This document shows positions 44,451-55,220 of a stretch of 64,000 bases of DNA, in pieces. Each line of letters starts with the position of its first letter. Within the stretch, counting starts at the first letter, position 1. The stretch is from NCBI GenBank assembly GCA_020696385.1, contig JAEHCQ010000004.1, positions 32,001 to 96,000 on the forward strand, in the 5' to 3' direction. The notes beneath the pieces were generated by a model. It made no database searches. It had not been told where the DNA came from and saw nothing but the letters and a program-made list of their open reading frames with translations. The stretch is from Methanobacteriota archaeon. Lineage in GTDB: Archaea; Thermoplasmatota; Thermoplasmata; SG8-5; JAGLSY01. The position numbers were made by a program, and so were the translations under genes.

Positions 44451-47234
44451 ATGGTCAAAAATGAGAGGAATAAAAGCAAAAGGATAGCAGCTTTATCAAT
44501 AGCATTTGTATTTGTGATGATATTGAGCGCTTTCCCAGCAGCTGTCGCAGCCCCGGATGAGGGTACTCGACAGGAAGATGACACATACGTGTTGAGAATA
44601 GCTATGCAGGATGATGTCAAGACCCTGAACCCATTGGTTGCAGGAGATGTCTGGACATGGAATGTTATTGGATATCTCTATGAGAGCCCACTTAACTCCG
44701 ATCCTAATACAGACGAATTGATACCATATATCGCTGTTGGCTCTGCCAACGGAACTGGCAAGGGCGCGGATGAAGCCTGGGGCTGGGAAGATATGAACCA
44801 GGGTGTCTTTGGTTTCACACCAGAGGATGACTGGGACATAGGTATGACAGGTATTGCAGAGACAACAATTTTCTATGATTTTACAGATGTGAAATGGCAT
44901 GATGGAACACAGATGACCATCAGAGATGTTTTGTTCGCATACCATATCCAGTCACAACTTCCAGACTGGGTATCCAGTGTTAAGTGTCTTATGGACAAGG
45001 GCGGAGAAGCCGGTACAAACCACACAGATTCACACTATTTGCACATCCAGAAGGTTTACGAGAGTGCAGATGGTCTGCAGGCTGGACTGAGGTTCGAGCT
45101 TCAGACACCTTTCGCAGACTTTTTCAGGAACACACTATCAGCTTTCCTGATCCCATATCACATATGGGGAAACACCGAGTCTGGACAGCCATCTGACAAT
45201 ATGCTCATATGGACTGACCCAGGTTACACAAAGGACAATCCAATGGCATGGGATTCCGCATCAGCTTTGGCTTGGGACAACCCAAAGCCAGTTGGAAGCG
45301 GTGTTTTCAAATTCCACTCATGGAATGTCGGTGTAAGCTCCAAGATCGAAACATATAGGGACCATTTCTACAAAGAGGGATGGAACCCAAGTTATGATCT
45401 CAATGGAGTTGCAAAGCAACCGACCATTGAGTCAATGGTATTCAAGATCTACAAGACAGCGGAACAGGCCGTTTTGGCTCTGAAGAACAATGATGTGGAC
45501 TACATAGCATGGTCCATTCCACCAACCTTCGTTCAAGAGATAATGAACGAGCCGGATCTTGGTGTTAAGCAATCTGCTGAGAAAGGTTTCTTCTACCTGT
45601 CTTACAATATGAGGCCAAACAAGAGATCCTTCGGATACGATGATAATGGTGTGGATGTAGGCATGCCACTCAGGAAGGCCATAGCCCACTGTATCGATAA
45701 GCAGACAATTGTTCAGAGGCTGCTTCAGAACTTCGGTATACCTGGAGATGGACCTGTGTCATCAATTAGTACATGGTACAATGAGACCATTCCAAAGTAT
45801 GCTTTCGACCCTGCAGAGGCCAAGAACATCCTTACCAGGGCAGGTTACAAATTGACTAACCCAAGTGCCGAGCCAGGCGTCGGTAACTGGTGGCTCAACC
45901 CAGATGGCTCAAATATTGGTAATTCTGATGGCGGTAAGATAGAGATATTGACACCACCTGCAGATTATGATCCAATAAGGGCTCAGGCTGGATTGATGAT
46001 CGCCAAGCAAATGCAGGATATCGGTATCTATGCAGAGTCCATTGCTATGGATTTCGGAACCATCGTCAACCACATCGACCAGAGGGATTTCGATATGTAC
46101 ATCCTTGGATGGAGTATCGGTAGTGACCCAACAGATTTCTTGTATGCTTTCTTCCATTCCAGCACAGCAGCAGCAGGTCAGAATTACCCTGGATACTCCA
46201 ATGCCAGTTTCGATTCTATAATCGATGAGGCAAGGGAGACTGGAGATGAAGATGCTAGACTGGAGCTCATCAAGGATGCCCAGGCATCTATCACATATGA
46301 TCTTCCATACGATGTCCTGTATTTCAGGACCAATATCGAAGCATACCGTGCAGACAGGTTCACAGGCTGGGTAACCGGATCATCTGGTTCTATCTACAAC
46401 TGGAGATCTATTCTCGAGCTGAGGCCTCCATCAAATCAGTGGCTGAATGCTAGATTCGTCAACACAGTATCTGCTATCGAATCCAATGCAACCACCGATG
46501 TCGAGGTACTTGTTACCGGGATCACAAAGAACTCTGACGGAACTCTTTCAAGAGAGCCAGTCAAGAATGCATTTGTCGAGCTCGCAGTGACAAATGGAAC
46601 TTTATCCATATACAATGGAACAACAGATTCAACTGGAAAATTGAGAACCTCTTTTACAGCACCATATGTGCCGTCAAATGCGGAATTCGATAAGAATGGA
46701 TCTGGTATTCTCATTGAGATAGTGAGTGCTGAATTGGAAGGATATGATATCGCTCCGAATAAGCTGACTCTTTTGACAGCTTATCCAGAAGGTGTAGATT
46801 TCCTTGCGGTTCAGATGGAAGCCGACCCGGATGTTATAGACGATAAAGATGCAACAGGAACACCTGGACTTACAAGTGTTGTTGTTACAATAACAGATCA
46901 GTCTAATAATCCAGTCAGTGGAGCAAGCGTGGTTGTAAAGGTAGATCCAAATGAACCCGATGTTTCACCATCGGAGGCTACCACCGATTCGAATGGAGAA
47001 GCGACCTTTACATTCAAGGCCGTGGATATAGATGAAGACAAGGAATACACTGTAAGTGTGATAGCATTCAAGGATGGTTTCAAGAATGGAACACAATCCA
47101 TGCCTATCAACGTTATCAATGTAGAAGATGCTGTAGTAGTACAGGAGACACCGTTCCCCTCGTTCTTACTTATTGCATCACTGTTCTCGATAACGGCCGT
47201 TGCAACAGCAGTGTTTAGAAAAATAAGGGTCTAG
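44451..47234 (+). CDS. Oligopeptide ABC transporter substrate-binding protein (family 5) with C-terminal Ig-like domains and a sorting-signal-like anchor
   Basis: TLNPL, VKWHDGTQMT..DV, PVGSGVF, LRKAIAHCIDK, NYPGYSN; TPFPSF-TM-RKIR tail. Confidence 0.9.
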   Translation: MVKNERNKSKRIAALSIAFVFVMILSAFPAAVAAPDEGTRQEDDTYVLRIAMQDDVKTLNPLVAGDVWTWNVIGYLYESPLNSDPNTDELIPYIAVGSANGTGKGADEAWGWEDMNQGVFGFTPEDDWDIGMTGIAETTIFYDFTDVKWHDGTQMTIRDVLFAYHIQSQLPDWVSSVKCLMDKGGEAGTNHTDSHYLHIQKVYESADGLQAGLRFELQTPFADFFRNTLSAFLIPYHIWGNTESGQPSDNMLIWTDPGYTKDNPMAWDSASALAWDNPKPVGSGVFKFHSWNVGVSSKIETYRDHFYKEGWNPSYDLNGVAKQPTIESMVFKIYKTAEQAVLALKNNDVDYIAWSIPPTFVQEIMNEPDLGVKQSAEKGFFYLSYNMRPNKRSFGYDDNGVDVGMPLRKAIAHCIDKQTIVQRLLQNFGIPGDGPVSSISTWYNETIPKYAFDPAEAKNILTRAGYKLTNPSAEPGVGNWWLNPDGSNIGNSDGGKIEILTPPADYDPIRAQAGLMIAKQMQDIGIYAESIAMDFGTIVNHIDQRDFDMYILGWSIGSDPTDFLYAFFHSSTAAAGQNYPGYSNASFDSIIDEARETGDEDARLELIKDAQASITYDLPYDVLYFRTNIEAYRADRFTGWVTGSSGSIYNWRSILELRPPSNQWLNARFVNTVSAIESNATTDVEVLVTGITKNSDGTLSREPVKNAFVELAVTNGTLSIYNGTTDSTGKLRTSFTAPYVPSNAEFDKNGSGILIEIVSAELEGYDIAPNKLTLLTAYPEGVDFLAVQMEADPDVIDDKDATGTPGLTSVVVTITDQSNNPVSGASVVVKVDPNEPDVSPSEATTDSNGEATFTFKAVDIDEDKEYTVSVIAFKDGFKNGTQSMPINVINVEDAVVVQETPFPSFLLIASLFSITAVATAVFRKIRV

Positions 47235-47306
47235 CTTAGCTAGATCCTTCTTTACCTTTTTATCGGAGAGTCCGAGAGAGAAAGGAAGGAAATCGGAGAT
47301 GTTTAA

Positions 47307-49277
47307 ATGAGACTGAGGAAATATCTGGTCAAACGAACGATACACATGGTAATTACCTTGTTGATCGTCCTAGTGCTCTTATTCGTATTGTTCAGGCTGA
47401 TGCCTGGAGATGCGGCCATGGGCCTTTTCATGACACCAGGAATAACAGATATCGAGAAGGATCAAATAGCCCTGAGATATGGATTTGCCAAAGAGGTTGA
47501 TTATCCAGGAAATCATTTCGTGTATAATTTCAATCCAACCAGGATTGGACACTACACTATTGATATAGAAGCTGATAGTGATACGGTTCAAACGTCCTTT
47601 GATGTGAATATGGATCCTGCAATTACTGATCTTAACCCACCTACTATATTCGATATTGATGCTATTCCAGCAGGAAATAATACGATAGCTTTGATGGTCA
47701 ATGCCACTGATTCTAATGAAATAAAGAATATAAAATACAGTGTCACAGACCCTGAATTTGTTACCAATTATGATATCATAATGAGTGAGGTCACATCTGG
47801 TCATTATGAGGCCATCATACAGCACACATCAGTAGCTAACAACAAAAACTACAGTGTGATGATTGAAGCTAGTGATATTTACCAGAACACTGCGACCGCG
47901 GCAATGACATTCGAGATAACCGTGGATGCTACATCTGGCAATATTACAAGCATTGCTCCATCATTCAAGATGTGGAACCTGATGGTGGGAGTATCTGATG
48001 GTGATGTTGCTGCTAACGGCGAATCTTTGCCAATAATGGCTCAGATCGAAGGTGCGACCTCTGTTGAGATGGTAGTGGTGACCCCAGACAATACGACATC
48101 ACAGCCACTCACTCTTACACAGGGTGCGAATTGGTACAATGGATCTTATGCTATTCCTATCAATGGAATGTTTATCATAGATGTCGAAGCCGATGGAATA
48201 GAGATATCATCGTCCTTCCCTGTCAATGCAGCTTCTTCCAGCCTGTCCCTGCCAGCCGACTCAACGATCTTGTCAGCTTTCACGATGCAGAGAGAGGTCA
48301 ATGGGATATTGGTAGATGAATATCCATTCATTTACGATCAAGCTTCCATTCCCGAGATAGTGGTAAATGTATCCGCAGTCCAAGGTGGAGAGAGGTTCTC
48401 AGACAATTTGGAGGGGCATATCACCTTTCCAGATGGAGCAGTCTCAACTGTCTACCTCAGTCATCCGGTTGATGTTGTTGACAGAGGCATGCTTGAGCAG
48501 TTCCTTTACTACATGAAATCCATGCTTCTGTTCGACTTTGGAAATTCCTTTGAGGATAACAGACCAGTCTGGGATGTTATTCTTGAGAGAGTGCCACCAA
48601 CCCTATTACTGTTCGGAAGCTCTTTGATATTGAGTTATATGATCGGTATCGTAGTTGGTGTCGTAGTCGCATGGAGGAGAGGCACAGCTCTTGAACTAGG
48701 AACTATTGTTGCAACTCTATTCTTGTACTCTATGCCGATCTTTTGGTCTGCTTTGATAGCTCAATGGCTATTCTTTGTTCAACTTGAATGGTTCCCTCTG
48801 AGTGGTCTCGGAGGTGTTTCCATGACCGGTGATAAACTTCTTGGTATGGAATATTTCGTTGATGTCATATGGCATTTGACTTTACCACTTATGACCTTGA
48901 CGGTATTAGGTTTGGCAGGTACCATCCTTCTGATGCGTAGCTCCATGCTAGAGGTTATGGGTGAGGATTTCATCACAACAGCCAAGGCAAAAGGTTTGAA
49001 GACCAGGCAGGTCGTGTACAGACACGCTGCCAGAAATGCGATGTTGCCAGTTGTGACATCCATGGCACTTTCACTAGGTGGTATCATCAGTGGTGGTGTT
49101 TTGACAGAAACGATCTTTTCATGGCCAGGAATGGGAACACTTCTGGTTAGAGGGACATTGATGCACAATTACCCGATTGTCCAGGGCGCATTCTATATCA
49201 TGGCAGGCATGACCGTTCTCGGAAACATGTTCGCCGATATACTGTATGCGTATCTAGATCCGAGGGTCCAATTATGA
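47307..49277 (+). CDS. Oligopeptide ABC permease (OppB-like) with a ~330-aa extracellular insertion
   Basis: LFRLMPGD, FDFGNSF, MRSSMLEVMGEDFITTAKAKGL..HAARNA, ETIFSWPGMG, LDPRV. Confidence 0.9.
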   Translation: MRLRKYLVKRTIHMVITLLIVLVLLFVLFRLMPGDAAMGLFMTPGITDIEKDQIALRYGFAKEVDYPGNHFVYNFNPTRIGHYTIDIEADSDTVQTSFDVNMDPAITDLNPPTIFDIDAIPAGNNTIALMVNATDSNEIKNIKYSVTDPEFVTNYDIIMSEVTSGHYEAIIQHTSVANNKNYSVMIEASDIYQNTATAAMTFEITVDATSGNITSIAPSFKMWNLMVGVSDGDVAANGESLPIMAQIEGATSVEMVVVTPDNTTSQPLTLTQGANWYNGSYAIPINGMFIIDVEADGIEISSSFPVNAASSSLSLPADSTILSAFTMQREVNGILVDEYPFIYDQASIPEIVVNVSAVQGGERFSDNLEGHITFPDGAVSTVYLSHPVDVVDRGMLEQFLYYMKSMLLFDFGNSFEDNRPVWDVILERVPPTLLLFGSSLILSYMIGIVVGVVVAWRRGTALELGTIVATLFLYSMPIFWSALIAQWLFFVQLEWFPLSGLGGVSMTGDKLLGMEYFVDVIWHLTLPLMTLTVLGLAGTILLMRSSMLEVMGEDFITTAKAKGLKTRQVVYRHAARNAMLPVVTSMALSLGGIISGGVLTETIFSWPGMGTLLVRGTLMHNYPIVQGAFYIMAGMTVLGNMFADILYAYLDPRVQL

Positions 49278-49290
49278 GGAGGTGAGAAAA

Positions 49291-51585
49291 ATGGTTACAT
49301 CAAAACAAATAAAAGAAAAATTCAGAGACACAAAACGTTCATTCACACATAACTGGAATCTCTTCAAGGAGAACAAGGTGGGTCTTCTGGGCCTTGCAAT
49401 AATGGTGGCTTTCATATTGATCGCAGCTACATCTCCTTTAATGGGATTGAAGCACCCGATTGATTGGTTTGCTCCGGATGAGGACGTGGTCAATGTTGAG
49501 AACTATTTGAATCAGAAGGCAGATGGAATTGTGACTACTAGCGCTGTAGGAAGAATAGTTCCTTCTGCGAATTCCAAGCCTGTTGACCGACTATATTTAG
49601 CAGGTGGTGAAGAGGGTTCGGTCTTATCGCCTTATGGCCTTTATGCGAAATCATCCAGTGATGGTAGTCAAGCTTGGCTGAGCTTCTCTGGTGCATTCGA
49701 GACCAATTCCCGAATCTCATCAAATGTCGAAGGCCATAATTTCGGACACAAGAGAGACCCAACTGGAATGGACTTCAGACTGATCTTTGGAACTGAGAAT
49801 GGTGTCGTGTATGTTCTCCAGGATTTATTGAGTTCACAATATCCCCCAACTGGTTCCAGTGTGTATGCTATCAACTTGGATGGCCCAGTTGTTGGTGTTG
49901 ATATTTATGAGTCTATAAATCGATACATGGACAGCGATGATATCTTTGTCGTAACAACCACCAGTTCATTATACATCATGGATGGTTCATTCAATATCAG
50001 ATCCTCTACGTCGGTTTCAAATACAACACTCACCGCCCCCACTATATCTTTGGATGGGGAACAGGTATATGTTGGAACCACTGATGGTCTTATCTATGGG
50101 TTCAACACGTATGATGGAGCACAGATCGGTGTTACATATGATCTGTACGATCCAGCCTATGATTATACTGGAACCACTCCTGCAGAAACAGCTGCAAATG
50201 ATAGGAGGGACTATTGGTCCTCATATCCATTAGTTGCTGAAGGCAAGATCTTCGCATCAACAGATGATGGTAGGATCCATGTATTATCAGATACTGACAT
50301 GATGCCATTGACTGGCTGGGAAGGTGGATACAAGGTCGACACCACACTCGCAGACCTTGATCTTGGAAACCTTACCACCCCATATGTGAGAAGTGATGGT
50401 AATGAGGTTGTAGTTGGTTCGGACACAGGCTATATCTACAGGGTGGCAACAGAGCCAAGAGTGGACACAGTCGAATCAATGGTGAGGCTGGTCTTTGATA
50501 CATCTATCAACGATGCTTTGGATACTTCTTGTGTCGCAATGCCATATTATGATGCAATATACTCGAGGCTCATATTTGCCACGGTGAAGAACTCCAATTA
50601 TACAGCAGACCCAACAGATGACTCCACATTGGTCTATGGAATAGATACAACAGGCGCAGTCAAATGGAGAAAGAGTCTGGATGGCGTAGCTTATGGAACT
50701 CCTATCGTGTATGATGATTATCCTTCTGGATCTGATCAACACAGCGGTGAAGGTGAAGTGATAATAGCTACCTCACAGCTTGATGCGGACGGTAATCCAT
50801 CATCAGGAGTCCGCTCAAAGTTGTATTCATATAGATGTACTGGAACCATGATAGCTCCATTGCCTCCTACATGGACAATGAGTGAAGAGGAACTGCCACC
50901 AAGTGGTATAGACTATCCTCTGGGCACAGATGCTCAGGGTAGGGACATACTGAGTCAGCTTCTTCTGGGTTCAAGGATCGCTCTATTGGTAGGATTCGCA
51001 GCAGCTATATTCTCGATAAGCATAGGTATGCTGGTTGGTCTGGTATCAGGTTATTACGGTGGCAATGTCGATATAATATTGATGAGGTTCACTGATGTTA
51101 TCCTGACGCTTCCAGGTCTTCCACTGCTTATCATTTTAGCGGCACTGATGGAACCCAGCGTATTCAATATCGTATTCATTATCGGTATTGTCGGTTGGGG
51201 TGGAACTGCCAGGGTTATAAGATCTGAGGTTCTCACATTGAAAGAGAGACCTTTCATCGACTCTGCAAGAGTTTCTGGAGCCAGCAAGACAAGGATCATG
51301 TTCAGGCATATAGCTCCGAACATTCTTCCATTGGCTGTTCTCTATATGACCTTCTATGTTAGTGGTGCTATCCTTTCAGAAGCTTCATTGAGTTTCATTG
51401 GATTGGGTGACCCGCGAACAATGAGCTGGGGAATGATGTTGAACTTCGTTCAGCACGCGAATGCATTGACCGCATGGTGGTGGCTATTGCCGCCTGGCAT
51501 CTGTATCACTCTGATATGTTTGTCTTTCTTCCTTCTTGGAAGAGCATTCGATGAGATCGTTAATCCAAGATTGAGGAGGAGGTGA
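49291..51585 (+). CDS. Oligopeptide ABC permease (OppC-like) with a ~480-aa beta-propeller-like insertion
   Basis: PLGTDAQGRDI, ARVIRSEVLTLKERPFIDSAR, SLSFIGLG; insert with VYVGTTDGLIYGFN, IFASTDDGRIH, VKWRKSLDG. Confidence 0.9.
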   Translation: MVTSKQIKEKFRDTKRSFTHNWNLFKENKVGLLGLAIMVAFILIAATSPLMGLKHPIDWFAPDEDVVNVENYLNQKADGIVTTSAVGRIVPSANSKPVDRLYLAGGEEGSVLSPYGLYAKSSSDGSQAWLSFSGAFETNSRISSNVEGHNFGHKRDPTGMDFRLIFGTENGVVYVLQDLLSSQYPPTGSSVYAINLDGPVVGVDIYESINRYMDSDDIFVVTTTSSLYIMDGSFNIRSSTSVSNTTLTAPTISLDGEQVYVGTTDGLIYGFNTYDGAQIGVTYDLYDPAYDYTGTTPAETAANDRRDYWSSYPLVAEGKIFASTDDGRIHVLSDTDMMPLTGWEGGYKVDTTLADLDLGNLTTPYVRSDGNEVVVGSDTGYIYRVATEPRVDTVESMVRLVFDTSINDALDTSCVAMPYYDAIYSRLIFATVKNSNYTADPTDDSTLVYGIDTTGAVKWRKSLDGVAYGTPIVYDDYPSGSDQHSGEGEVIIATSQLDADGNPSSGVRSKLYSYRCTGTMIAPLPPTWTMSEEELPPSGIDYPLGTDAQGRDILSQLLLGSRIALLVGFAAAIFSISIGMLVGLVSGYYGGNVDIILMRFTDVILTLPGLPLLIILAALMEPSVFNIVFIIGIVGWGGTARVIRSEVLTLKERPFIDSARVSGASKTRIMFRHIAPNILPLAVLYMTFYVSGAILSEASLSFIGLGDPRTMSWGMMLNFVQHANALTAWWWLLPPGICITLICLSFFLLGRAFDEIVNPRLRRR

Positions 51586-51590
51586 TTTAA

Positions 51591-52619
51591 ATGGCACTGT
51601 TAGAAATAGACAATGTAAGTGTGCATTACGGCATTCAAAGAGGAACAGTTAAGGCTGTCGAGAAAGTCACATTGAAGCTGGACAGGGGTGAGACCTTAGG
51701 TCTCGTCGGTGAGTCCGGATGTGGCAAGACAACAGCAGCCTATGCGATCACCAGGCTTCTTCCCGATAATGGAGATATCGTCGAAGGTACGATCACCTTC
51801 GACGGTACGGTCATTGCCGGAAGCGAAGAGGAAATGGCTCTTTCTCCCAAAAAGAGAAAGAAATACGTGGAGAATCTCATGGTGGATTTCCGATGGGATG
51901 AAGTTGCTATGATCTTCCAGAGTGCGATGAATGCTTTCAACCCCGTGTTCAGGGTCGGAGACCAGATCGCTGAGGCCATAAGGGCCCATGACGATATCAC
52001 GAAGGAAGAAGCAAGGAAAAGGGTACTTGAGCTTTTCAAGCTTGTTGGTCTTGATTCTGAGAGAGTAGATGGATATCCACATGAATACAGCGGTGGAATG
52101 AGACAGAGGGGTATGATCGCTATGGCTCTTGCCTGCAACCCGAAACTCATTATTGCCGATGAGCCCACAACTGCTCTGGATGTGATCATGCAGGATCGTG
52201 TCTTGGCCGAGATCAGGGACCTTCAGAGGAAACTGGGCATGGCCATGATCATCATCACTCACGACATATCTGTGGTTGCGGAAGTGGCCGAGAAGATAGG
52301 TATCATGTATGCTGGAAGAATATTCGAATACGGAGACATAGATGCGGTATTTGAGAGGCCAGCAAACCCATACGCTATGGGTCTACTCGCTTCTTTCCCA
52401 AGTATCATTGGTGAGAAGAAACCACTCTATTCGATCCCAGGTTCACCGCCAGATCTTTCAAACCCACCATCTGGATGTAAATTCCATCCAAGGTGTAAAT
52501 ATGCGAAAGAGATATGCAAGGATCAGGAACCTGATATGGTCGAGGTCGAACCCAACCACTTCTCTCTTTGTCACTTCGCTCTTGAGCTGTTCAATGGCCA
52601 ATTGAAGGAGGTGAGATGA
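51591..52619 (+). CDS. Oligopeptide ABC transporter ATPase (OppD-like)
   Basis: GESGCGKT, YPHEYSGGMRQR, IADEPTTALD, C-terminal GCKFHPRC. Confidence 0.95.
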   Translation: MALLEIDNVSVHYGIQRGTVKAVEKVTLKLDRGETLGLVGESGCGKTTAAYAITRLLPDNGDIVEGTITFDGTVIAGSEEEMALSPKKRKKYVENLMVDFRWDEVAMIFQSAMNAFNPVFRVGDQIAEAIRAHDDITKEEARKRVLELFKLVGLDSERVDGYPHEYSGGMRQRGMIAMALACNPKLIIADEPTTALDVIMQDRVLAEIRDLQRKLGMAMIIITHDISVVAEVAEKIGIMYAGRIFEYGDIDAVFERPANPYAMGLLASFPSIIGEKKPLYSIPGSPPDLSNPPSGCKFHPRCKYAKEICKDQEPDMVEVEPNHFSLCHFALELFNGQLKEVR

Positions 52620-53716
52620 TGGCAGATTCAGATGTAATATTTGATGTTGTAAACCTACGAAAATACTTCGAGATGTCTGGAGGTTTCCTATCATCATTGA
52701 TGAGCAAGGAATCCATGTTCGTTCACGCGGTCGATGATATCTCCTTCCAGATCAAGAAGGGAAAAATCCTTGGATTGGTCGGAGAGAGCGGCTGTGGTAA
52801 GACAACTGCTGGTAGGCTTCTCGTTAGGTTGGAAGACCCAACCTCCGGACACATGTTCTTCCAGGGAGAGGATATTGCTGATAAGAAAGGTAATGAACTG
52901 AAAGATTTCAGGCGAAAGGTTCAGATGATCTTCCAGGATCCATACGAATCTCTAAACCCAAGGTTCACAGTATTCGGCACAGTGGTGGAACCATTGCTCG
53001 TACACGGTGTTGGAGAATCCTATGAGGAAAGAGAGGACATGGTCGCAAAGGCACTTGAGTATGCGGAATTGAAACCATCCTCCGAATACATGGGAAGATA
53101 CCCACACGAGTTGAGTGGTGGACAGAGACAAAGGGTGGCTATCGCGAGAACACTGGCACTGAGGCCGGAGTTCATAGTGGCTGATGAGCCTGTATCCATG
53201 TTGGATGTGTCCATCAGGGCGGGAATCATGAATCTCATGCTGGGCTTGAAGGAAAGATATAATATTCCTTTCATGTTCGTAACACACGATCTTTCCGTGT
53301 CAAGGTACATGAGCGATCATATCGCTGTTATGTATCTGGGAAATATTGTGGAATACGCACCAGCGGAGACCATCATACACAATTCCTTCCATCCGTACAC
53401 CAGAGCTCTTCTTTCTGCGGTTCCGATACCAGATCCTGGTATGGAACGTGGTAGGACCGAGATCAAGGGAGACCTTCCATCGGCTTTGAATATCCCATCC
53501 GGATGTTCCTTCCACCCAAGATGTCTTTATGCAAAGGACGTGTGTAAGGAGAAGAAACCTGCTGTCAAAGAGATCGAGACCGGTCACTTTATCCAGTGCC
53601 ACTTTGCAGGTGACATATCCTTCAGAACAGATGAGCCCAAGATCCCAACCTTTGAGGATCAGGTGAAGGCAGCTGAAAAAGAGCCGTCTGAACCAGTAGC
53701 TCGTCAGGTAGCCTGA
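52616..53716 (+). CDS. Oligopeptide ABC transporter ATPase (OppF-like)
   Basis: GESGCGKT, YPHELSGGQRQR, VADEPVSMLD, GCSFHPRC. Confidence 0.95.
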   Translation: MMADSDVIFDVVNLRKYFEMSGGFLSSLMSKESMFVHAVDDISFQIKKGKILGLVGESGCGKTTAGRLLVRLEDPTSGHMFFQGEDIADKKGNELKDFRRKVQMIFQDPYESLNPRFTVFGTVVEPLLVHGVGESYEEREDMVAKALEYAELKPSSEYMGRYPHELSGGQRQRVAIARTLALRPEFIVADEPVSMLDVSIRAGIMNLMLGLKERYNIPFMFVTHDLSVSRYMSDHIAVMYLGNIVEYAPAETIIHNSFHPYTRALLSAVPIPDPGMERGRTEIKGDLPSALNIPSGCSFHPRCLYAKDVCKEKKPAVKEIETGHFIQCHFAGDISFRTDEPKIPTFEDQVKAAEKEPSEPVARQVA

Positions 53717-53732
53717 TAGGGAAGACATAATA

Positions 53733-53760
53733 TCAGCTTCGGTCAATTGGCCGAAGCTGA
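53733..53760 (+). terminator. Hairpin after the ABC operon
   Basis: TCAGCTTCGG-TCAATTGG-CCGAAGCTGA followed by an AT-rich tract. Confidence 0.7.
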
Positions 53761-53835
53761 CCACATTATTTTAATATTTAATTATTTAATTATTTAATTA
53801 TCTATGTATTGTTACTACGTAAGTCACATTGCAAT

Positions 53836-53898
53836 TACAAAGGTTCGTACCACAAAGAATTTATATTATACAAAAAATTGTACAACTTTGCTTTTATA
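53836..53898 (+). promoter_or_regulatory. Shared promoter motif, copy 3
   Basis: 54 of 63 positions identical to 44252-44314 by manual ungapped alignment. Confidence 0.75.
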
Positions 53899-53917
53899 TT
53901 AGTCTAACATTGTCCAT

Positions 53918-54496
53918 ATGATGAGTAAGCCTGGCAAGATGAAGAGAAGTGATATTATCGAGATAATCGGTATCTGTTTAATAATAACAGCTCTCATTTC
54001 TACTTATGGAATATATTACACATCCAATGAATATGCAAAAGTGACAGAGACCCAAATGAACATCAATGCCGTGGTGCCTTATTATCCACAATCTGTATCT
54101 ATGTTTATGGCAGATAATACATCTACCATAAATGTGAATATCGCGGTGCTCAATAATGTAAGCAGAATAGATGTCGAGATCTATCTTATAGAATACACGA
54201 TATATGCCTCTGATGAGCCTATACATCTTCCAGATTACAATGATTATATCGGAATAGTTGCATTTTCAGGTAGCGGGAATGAAATAGTACCGGCTGGGGA
54301 GAATCAGATATATAATGTCCCGATAGTGATAGATTCTGACAATGAGTATTATCCAAAATTACAGGACATCACCCTCGATGGCTCTGCTTATCTTCTTATT
54401 CAAGGCAGGGTTCATTACAAGCTCACTGGAGCTAGTGGGCTTCAGGATTCTATAATTTTCTATTATATTAACGAGGTGGGTGTAAATGCAAGGTGA
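53918..54496 (+). CDS. Hypothetical membrane-anchored beta-sandwich protein
   Basis: N-terminal TM then a beta-rich domain. Confidence 0.65.
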   Translation: MMSKPGKMKRSDIIEIIGICLIITALISTYGIYYTSNEYAKVTETQMNINAVVPYYPQSVSMFMADNTSTINVNIAVLNNVSRIDVEIYLIEYTIYASDEPIHLPDYNDYIGIVAFSGSGNEIVPAGENQIYNVPIVIDSDNEYYPKLQDITLDGSAYLLIQGRVHYKLTGASGLQDSIIFYYINEVGVNAR

Positions 54497-54503
54497 TGGG
54501 GGC

Positions 54504-55100
54504 ATGAGCAATATGAGGAAGTTGAAGCTTCTAGCATGGTCCATATCGGCAGGTACTGTGGTGGCTTTCTTCTTCAGTAGTAACTTTTTGAAATTTGCAA
54601 CCGGGTTTTCTCCAGGGGGAGAGATCCTTGTCATGAGTCCCCTTTTCTGTGGTTTCATTCTAGGTATCCTTACAACGATGGATGAATTACAGCATTCGGT
54701 ATTTGCCTCCATATTGATGACGATATCTGCAGTGGCAATAATCATATTGTCCCTATTCTCGCCTATATTGTTTGGTGTATCTGGAGACTTCGTAGGCCTT
54801 TATTATGTGTTCGTCATCCAGAACATGCTGATAGCCATTGTTCTGATATTCCCAGTTTCTCTTGTATCGACCATTATAGGAAAGGTCGTAGGCGAATACG
54901 CACTCCTTTCACATATTTACAAAAGTGAAAGAGCGACTCTGAGAAGTGAGACCATCAAATGGTATAACATGCTGGAAGAGGCTGCTGACGATGAGACTGA
55001 GTTGAAGCCCATTGGGTGGAAGCCCGAGGATGCTGGACCTGAGCAACCTGAAATGACACCCGTTGTCTCTTTAGAGCCTGAAGAAGTAACTGATGAATAG
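54504..55100 (+). CDS. Hypothetical membrane protein (~4 TM helices)
   Basis: Hydrophobic segments and an acidic tail; GGTGA RBS. Confidence 0.7.
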   Translation: MSNMRKLKLLAWSISAGTVVAFFFSSNFLKFATGFSPGGEILVMSPLFCGFILGILTTMDELQHSVFASILMTISAVAIIILSLFSPILFGVSGDFVGLYYVFVIQNMLIAIVLIFPVSLVSTIIGKVVGEYALLSHIYKSERATLRSETIKWYNMLEEAADDETELKPIGWKPEDAGPEQPEMTPVVSLEPEEVTDE

Positions 55101-55220
55101 TTACATGGATAATTGGTCTGGGTGTTTTAACAAGTAAATGGATGCAACTGATGTTTTAAGAGAATATCATAATGCTTTACCCTGGAAAATAATTTATCAC
55201 ATGATATCAATTCCCATTCT

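Noticed and set aside
53775-53800. TATTTAAT short tandem repeat
   Set aside because: Low-complexity AT tract after a terminator hairpin; no evidence of a separate function
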